From assembly GCA_046052125.1 (NCBI GenBank), contig JBJOMY010000001.1, forward strand, positions 672,001 to 736,000: a stretch of 64,000 nt of DNA. Reading direction: 5' to 3'. The stretch is from Cyanobacteriota bacterium. GTDB lineage: Bacteria > Cyanobacteriota > Cyanobacteriia > PCC-6307 > Cyanobiaceae. Shown here one piece after another: positions 58,785-64,000 of the stretch (its first letter is position 1; the number at the start of each line of letters is the position of its first letter). The position numbers and the translations under genes were made by a program. The notes under the pieces are model-generated. The model was not told where the DNA came from. It saw nothing but the letters and a program-made list of their open reading frames with translations, and made no database searches.

Positions 58785-59957
58785 ATGGGTTCAGCCAAAC
58801 ACCGCCACCAACCAGCCCGTCATCTCCCTGGACGGGGAGCACAACCGGCCAGCAACACTGATCAAGACCGCGAACTGCTGCAGTTCAACGTGCGCCTGGC
58901 CAAGGCACGTCAGGCCCAGGCCGACACCAACCGGATTGAGCGCAAGGCCTTCCGCGAACACGCCCGCATCGAGAACGCCGTCACCGCCTACACCCGCGAG
59001 CTGTGCTCGCTTCTGGATGAACGGGGCTTTACGCAAGGCGTGACGCTCTCCCGCATCCCGGACGGCGGGGATGCAGTGCTGATCGTGCAACTGAGCGATC
59101 TGCACTTCAACGAGCGGGTTGAACTGCCCTCCAACCGCTACGACTTCACCGTGGCCGCGCAGCGTCTGGCCAAGCTCGCCCAACGCGTCAAGCAACTGGG
59201 CCAGAGCTATGGCGCCCGCAAGGTGGTGGTGGCCTGCCTGGGGGATTTCCTCAACAGCGACCGGCGCCTCGATGAGCTGCTCTCCAACAGCACCAACCGT
59301 TCCAGAGCAACCCTGCTTGCCGTCGACATCCTGCGGGCGTTTCTGCTCGATCTACGCGAGCAGTTCGAGCTCGAGGTCTATGGCATCACCGGCAATGAAA
59401 GCCGCGTGAACAAAGAGCTGGGCTGGAGCGATGAGCTCGCCACCGACAGCTACGACCTGATGATCTACGAGATCCTCAAGCGCGGCTTTGCCGGCACAGA
59501 AGGGATCAACTTCTGCGGCTTCCGGGCCAATGAGCTCTTGTTTGAGGTGATGGGCCGCACCTTCCTCTGCCTGCACGGCCACCAGATCGGCGCGAACGTG
59601 CAGAAATCGGTGCAAGAGATCACCGGTAAGTACGCCGCCCAAGGCATCACGGTGGACTACACCCTGTTCGGCCACCTACACGCCAGCGCCATCGGCGACT
59701 ACCACGCCCGCAATGCCTCGCTGGTGGGCAGCAACGCCTACTCAGAAGCAGGGCTGAACTTCTGCAGCAAGGCGGCGCAGAACATCCACATCGTGTCTGG
59801 CTCCAAGGGCACGGGCGCTATCGATGGCGTGAAGGTTGACCTCCAGGACATCAGCGGGATCGAGCCCTACCCCTTTGCCGCCGAATGGGAGGCCTACTGC
59901 CCCAAGAGCGAGCGCAAGCTCCACACCCCCTCTGTCGTTTACCAGGTTGTTGTCTGA
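58785..59957 (+). CDS. Calcineurin-like metallophosphoesterase (phage type)
   Basis: SDLH, LGD, GNE, HGH, GHLH. Confidence 0.75.
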   Translation: MGSAKHRHQPARHLPGRGAQPASNTDQDRELLQFNVRLAKARQAQADTNRIERKAFREHARIENAVTAYTRELCSLLDERGFTQGVTLSRIPDGGDAVLIVQLSDLHFNERVELPSNRYDFTVAAQRLAKLAQRVKQLGQSYGARKVVVACLGDFLNSDRRLDELLSNSTNRSRATLLAVDILRAFLLDLREQFELEVYGITGNESRVNKELGWSDELATDSYDLMIYEILKRGFAGTEGINFCGFRANELLFEVMGRTFLCLHGHQIGANVQKSVQEITGKYAAQGITVDYTLFGHLHASAIGDYHARNASLVGSNAYSEAGLNFCSKAAQNIHIVSGSKGTGAIDGVKVDLQDISGIEPYPFAAEWEAYCPKSERKLHTPSVVYQVVV

Positions 59958-60337
59958 TGACTGTTTCCACTCCTTCCCGCACCTGCGCCTGCGCTAGGGG
60001 CGCCAGCGGCAACACGGCGCTTGAGCTGCAGAGCGCGCTGCTCCAGGCGATCACTGGGCTCACGCAACTGGTGAGTCAGCTCAGCCAACAGTTCCCGATC
60101 ACCCAGCCGACTGCTCCTGCAGCAGAGCCCTGGATGGAGGAGCGCCCCAGCCAGGCAACCAAGCCGACATGCGTGCCCAACCTCTCAACCCTCTGGGATG
60201 AGCTGTCGGTGGTGGAACTGCGCTCGCTCTTGCGCAGCTATCCGATTGATCGCTCCTCCCTGCCAGCCCCGATCGAACTGCTGCGCCGCAGCGAGCTCAT
60301 CGAAGCCCTCAACCAAATCCAAGCCCTCGGTGCTTAA
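59957..60337 (+). CDS. Hypothetical protein
   Basis: TGATG coupling; C-terminal SAP-like helix pair (LSVVELRSLL...RSELIEAL). Confidence 0.6.
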   Translation: MTVSTPSRTCACARGASGNTALELQSALLQAITGLTQLVSQLSQQFPITQPTAPAAEPWMEERPSQATKPTCVPNLSTLWDELSVVELRSLLRSYPIDRSSLPAPIELLRRSELIEALNQIQALGA

Positions 60338-60390
60338 GGGGCGAAAGGCCCCTCGCGAATCAGACCCGTTCACCCATTCCACACACGCCT

Positions 60391-60867
60391 ATGACCACAA
60401 CCCTCACCACCGCCAATCCCGCCGCTCTCGGCGAACCCATCCCCGGATCACCGGAAGCGCTGTTGCTCTTGGCCAACGCGGGAATACTGCCCGCCAGTGC
60501 CGGCGCCGACGATCCCCGCTTCTCAGCCGACGCCATCACCACCTGCGTCACCCGACTGCTCGAGGTGAAACAGCAGAAGGAACTCCTGGCCAATGAACAG
60601 AAGGAACTGAACGAACAGCTGCGCCTGGCGCACTTACGCGGTGACCTGCTCACCCTGTTGCCAGCCGGCAAGGACGGCAACGGCTATCAGATCACCCCGG
60701 ATCTCGTGCTCAACCGCCGCCCCGGCCGCAAGCAGTGGAGCTACTCGATCGACTGCAAAGAGATCGAATGCCAGCTCAAGGCACGCCAGAGCTATGAGCA
60801 GCAGAGCGGCCTCGCCAGCTACAGCCTCGGTGCAGCGTTCTGGGAGGTGCGGGCGAGCAAGGGCTGA
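60391..60867 (+). CDS. Hypothetical phage-type protein
   Basis: 158 aa with coiled coil, followed by a terminator. Confidence 0.65.
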   Translation: MTTTLTTANPAALGEPIPGSPEALLLLANAGILPASAGADDPRFSADAITTCVTRLLEVKQQKELLANEQKELNEQLRLAHLRGDLLTLLPAGKDGNGYQITPDLVLNRRPGRKQWSYSIDCKEIECQLKARQSYEQQSGLASYSLGAAFWEVRASKG

Positions 60868-60893
60868 GTCCGCACATCACGGCGCAAGTGATC

Positions 60894-60924
60894 AAAAGCC
60901 CTGGGTTACGGCCCGGGGCTTTTT
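60894..60924 (+). terminator. Intrinsic terminator
   Basis: AAAAGCCCTGGG-TTACGG-CCCGGGGCTTTTT. Confidence 0.75.
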
Positions 60925-61440
60925 GGCATCCAGTGTTCAGCTCCAATCAAAAACCCCCGAGCAGCGCCCGAGGGTCATTGGCTAATCACGTCGAATGAAG
61001 CGTTTGGTCTGGATCGAAGCTGCTGGCGTTGGCGCCTGGGGCCGAACGTTCCAGATGTGGGTTGGTTGGTTCTCCTGGGGCACCTATGGCGGTGCAAACG
61101 GAGTGTCGACGGTTCAGACGCACCATTCAGTGTCCGAACTGACGACCCGCCCACGGTTGGGTGAAGACTGTTGGAGCAGGGGCCTGCAGTCAGCTTGCTT
61201 CTGGCGGGTAGCGGGGTGGCGTGTCGTCCATCTGGGCGCCTCCTTGGTTGATGGACACACCATCGCGCCGCCGCTGACGCCAGGCAATCGGGATTTACAC
61301 GCATTGCCTTTGCAGCCAAGCGGGAGCAGGGTGGGTTGTTTGGTGCGTTCAGCGCAGGCAGCCGGATTTCGGGCTACACCCGTTGCCCCTCGCTCGCCAC
61401 CCTGGAGGTTCATCTCTAGGTGCAGAAACCACCCGGTTCC

Positions 61441-62529
61441 TCAGCTGGAGATGCGGAAGCCCTGCTTGAGCCATAGCGACACATACACCAAGGACACCAA
61501 CACCGGCACCTCGATCAACGGGCCAATCACACCGGCCAGGGCCTGTTGGGAACTGATTCCCCAGATGCTGATACAGACAGCAATCGCCAGCTCAAAGTTA
61601 TTGCCAGCTGCGGTGAAAGCCAAAGCGGATGTGCGCGTGTAATCCAAGCCGCTTCTCTTGCCTAGGGCAAATGCGGTGCTCCACATGATCACGAAGTAGA
61701 GAAGCAGAGGCAAGGCCACCCGCAAAACCTGGCCTGGATTCGCAGTGATCGCCTTGCCCTGGAGAGCAAACATCACCACGATAGTGAAGAGCAAGCCGTA
61801 TAAAGCGAAGGGAGCAATCCTGGGAATGAATCGCTCTTCGTACCAGCGGATGCCTTTGGAACGTACGCCAATCTGACGGGTCAGGAACCCAGCCACCAGA
61901 GGAATCCCAAGAAAGACCAGTACGGCTTTTGCAATCTCCCAGAAGGAGAAGCTCAGAACTTGGCTTTCAAGCCCAAGCCAGCCAGGAAGCACCTGCAGAT
62001 AGAAGGTGCCCAACAAGGCATAAATAAGGACCTGCAGAATGGAATTAATCGCAACCAGCACTGCAGCCACTTCACGGTTTCCCTTGGCCAGATCAATCCA
62101 GATCAGCACCATCGCAATGCAAGGCGCAATACCAATCAGGATCAATCCAGTCCGAAAGGCAGGTTGATCTGGAAGGAACAACCAAGCCAAAGCGAACATC
62201 AACAGTGGCCCCAACCCCCAAACCAACCCAAGGGCCAGCTTCAGCAGGCGGGGATCACGGGCAGCGTGGCCCAGTTCGCCGTAGCGCACTTTGGCCAGCA
62301 CTGGATACATCATCAACAACAAACCGATGGCGATCGGCAAAGAGGTGTGATCCACCTGCACCGCAGTGAGCGCAGCCTGTATGCCAGGCACCAGCCGTCC
62401 GAGCAGGAGACCACTGGCCATCGCCAACAGGATCCAGAGCGGTAGGAGCCGATCGAGCACAGGCAGCGAGGCCAACACAGTGGCCTCTTTGGACGACGGC
62501 TGCGCTGAGTGGAGAGCGTCGTCTCTCAT
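61441..62529 (-). CDS. acr3: ACR3-family arsenite efflux transporter
   Basis: GLLLMMYPVLAKV, APCIAMV, GNNFELAIAV, GPLIEVPVL. Confidence 0.92.
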   Translation of the reverse strand: MRDDALHSAQPSSKEATVLASLPVLDRLLPLWILLAMASGLLLGRLVPGIQAALTAVQVDHTSLPIAIGLLLMMYPVLAKVRYGELGHAARDPRLLKLALGLVWGLGPLLMFALAWLFLPDQPAFRTGLILIGIAPCIAMVLIWIDLAKGNREVAAVLVAINSILQVLIYALLGTFYLQVLPGWLGLESQVLSFSFWEIAKAVLVFLGIPLVAGFLTRQIGVRSKGIRWYEERFIPRIAPFALYGLLFTIVVMFALQGKAITANPGQVLRVALPLLLYFVIMWSTAFALGKRSGLDYTRTSALAFTAAGNNFELAIAVCISIWGISSQQALAGVIGPLIEVPVLVSLVYVSLWLKQGFRISS

Positions 62530-63239
62530 GGCATGTGGGGCGCTGCGATTTGTAGTCGGGCCTCCGTTCCGTCGGGGCCTAGGCAGCAAGGCAGATGCCC
62601 TGTCTTCACCCAGATCGTGCAACCCGGTTCACTGCAAGGTCGATGCACACTGCCCGGTGGATTGCGCAGCCAGCTGCCAGCGGGATAGGTGCCGTGCTCG
62701 TCCTGGAACACACCAGACAACACATAAATCTCCTCGCCGCTTGGATGGCTGTGGGGCTGAAACACCGTGCCAGGCGCCCAGCGCACCAGCGCCACGTGCT
62801 CCGAGCCGTAGCCGTGTAGGGGCATGACCTCGAGCCCATTCACAAGCCCAGGAACCCAAACACCGGAGCTGGTATCGATCACCAGCCGCTGCTGATCTCC
62901 CGGGTGCATCTGATACAGCTTCACCAGAATCGTGCAGCCAGCCTTGCTGAACGGGGTATGGCTCGATCCCACCGGATTACGCAGGTAGCTGCCGGCGGGG
63001 TAGTCCCCGTGCTCATCCGAGAACGTGCCCTCGAGAACAAGGATTTCTTCTCCACCGGGATGGCCATGGGGCTCGAAGTGACTGCCGGGGGCGTAGCGCA
63101 CGATTGAGGTGGCACGGGCCACCTCTTCCCCGCGGCGATCCAGAAGGCGGCGTTCCACGCCAGCCATTGGTGAGGGCTGCCAGGCCAAAGCATGGGTGTC
63201 GAGCACCACGCGTTCGCTGAGGTCGGCATGCAGGTCCAT
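62526..63239 (-). CDS. ChrR-like double cupin protein
   Basis: Two HxHPxGEEI...DEHGxYPAGS.LRNP repeats. Confidence 0.85.
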   Translation of the reverse strand: MDLHADLSERVVLDTHALAWQPSPMAGVERRLLDRRGEEVARATSIVRYAPGSHFEPHGHPGGEEILVLEGTFSDEHGDYPAGSYLRNPVGSSHTPFSKAGCTILVKLYQMHPGDQQRLVIDTSSGVWVPGLVNGLEVMPLHGYGSEHVALVRWAPGTVFQPHSHPSGEEIYVLSGVFQDEHGTYPAGSWLRNPPGSVHRPCSEPGCTIWVKTGHLPCCLGPDGTEARLQIAAPHMP

Positions 63240-63253
63240 TCAGCTGATTCTGA

Positions 63254-63532
63254 TCAGCTCACTTCCGGCGCCCAGCCCCGTTGGCGGACCATGTCATCCG
63301 TCCAGCCCTGACAGCGCCTGACCAGATGCTCACCCTGGGCAATCAGTCCGTGGTGAAGCTGGCAGGTGAGCAAAGGGATGCAGTCAGCACCGGGGTGGTA
63401 CCTGAACCAATGGCAGGTCATGCAGACCTTGCGGCTGCGACTGGGACGCAGCACGTCCTCATCCAGATAGGGCCAGGCTTCGCAGTCGCTGCCTGCAGCC
63501 ACTGAGGTGGCCCGGATTCGAGAAGCAGTCAT
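63254..63532 (-). CDS. Small Cys/His-rich picocyanobacterial protein
   Basis: CMTCHWF...LTCQLH...HL..RCQGW...GWAPE. Confidence 0.65.
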   Translation of the reverse strand: MTASRIRATSVAAGSDCEAWPYLDEDVLRPSRSRKVCMTCHWFRYHPGADCIPLLTCQLHHGLIAQGEHLVRRCQGWTDDMVRQRGWAPEVS

Positions 63533-63545
63533 CAACCCCTCTATG

Positions 63546-63560
63546 CATACACTTGTACTA
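63546..63560 (-). promoter_or_regulatory. LexA-box-like site
   Basis: Minus strand TAGTAC-AAGT-GTATG, 14 nt upstream of the ATG at 63532. Confidence 0.5.
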
Positions 63561-63617
63561 GCAGGGATTGGCTGGGTTGGCGCGGGTCGTGCTGATCGGT
63601 TCCGGATTCCTCCAACA

Positions 63618-63652
63618 AAGGAGCCCCGGGCCATGGGCGCCCGGGGCTTTTT
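63618..63652 (+). terminator. Intrinsic terminator
   Basis: AGCCCCGGGC-CATGGGC-GCCCGGGGCT-TTTT. Confidence 0.65.
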
Positions 63653-64000
63653 GAGCCAGTGGGTTGTTGGTCTCCCACCGCCTCTTGGTCATGGCTCAGG
63701 TCTGCGGCGGAGCGCAAGGCCTGTCGGAACTCTTTGGGGCCTTTCCCCATGTCCTTTGTTCAACTCTTTTCCGCGCTTCTTCTCCTGGCTGCGCTCGTTG
63801 CTGCAGCGACCTCAGACCTGCTCCAGCAGCGAGCTCGGGCCCTTTGAGCTCGACCACGCCTTTGCTGCCTTTGAGCAGGGTGATTGGTTGGCAGAACTGG
63901 ACCTCCTGCAACTGGGTGTTGCCCTGCAGCGCGGCGCCATCGCCCGCGGCGGCTACGACGGCCGCTCCTTTGACCTGATGGTCGCCATCGCCGATGTCCT

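Noticed and set aside
1..64000. Retron, DGR, IS element or conjugation module
   Set aside because: No reverse transcriptase, transposase, relaxase or T4SS motifs recognised in the ORF track
63749..64000. Programmed frameshift between a 32-aa ORF and an open frame running off the window
   Set aside because: Truncated by the window edge, no slippery site evident, no evidence the frames belong together

Overview
GC-rich picocyanobacterial (Cyanobium/Synechococcus-like) DNA; the host is inferred from cyAbrB, Nif11-like and IdiB-like genes and cyanobacterial LexA/Fur-like boxes. The whole window looks like mobile or accessory DNA, with no housekeeping operons. A 45-bp 3' half of tRNA-Lys(UUU) at 19728-19772 is an att-like junction. 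To its left is a phage/satellite-like module: tyrosine integrase, excisionase, VRR-NUC, SF2 helicase, a P4-alpha-type primase-helicase with an 11-copy TCTAAC iteron field, small and large terminase, a truncated SigF-like sigma factor, portal, a nested-LysM protein and a scaffold-like protein. No capsid or tail genes are recognisable in the window, and a lower-GC two-gene cassette (candidate anti-phage system) interrupts the packaging operon. To its right are toxin-antitoxin pairs, an endolysin, cyAbrB, a thermonuclease, a five-gene HNH/SNF2/DUF4391/type III R-M locus, an iron cassette between direct repeats, a LexA-boxed SLOG-Gp157-Rad52 operon, a second replicon (Rep-DnaB-DnaG with 22-bp iterons), a P-type ATPase, two more sigma factors, a metallophosphoesterase and Acr3. 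All calls come from motif recognition by eye; no searches were run.
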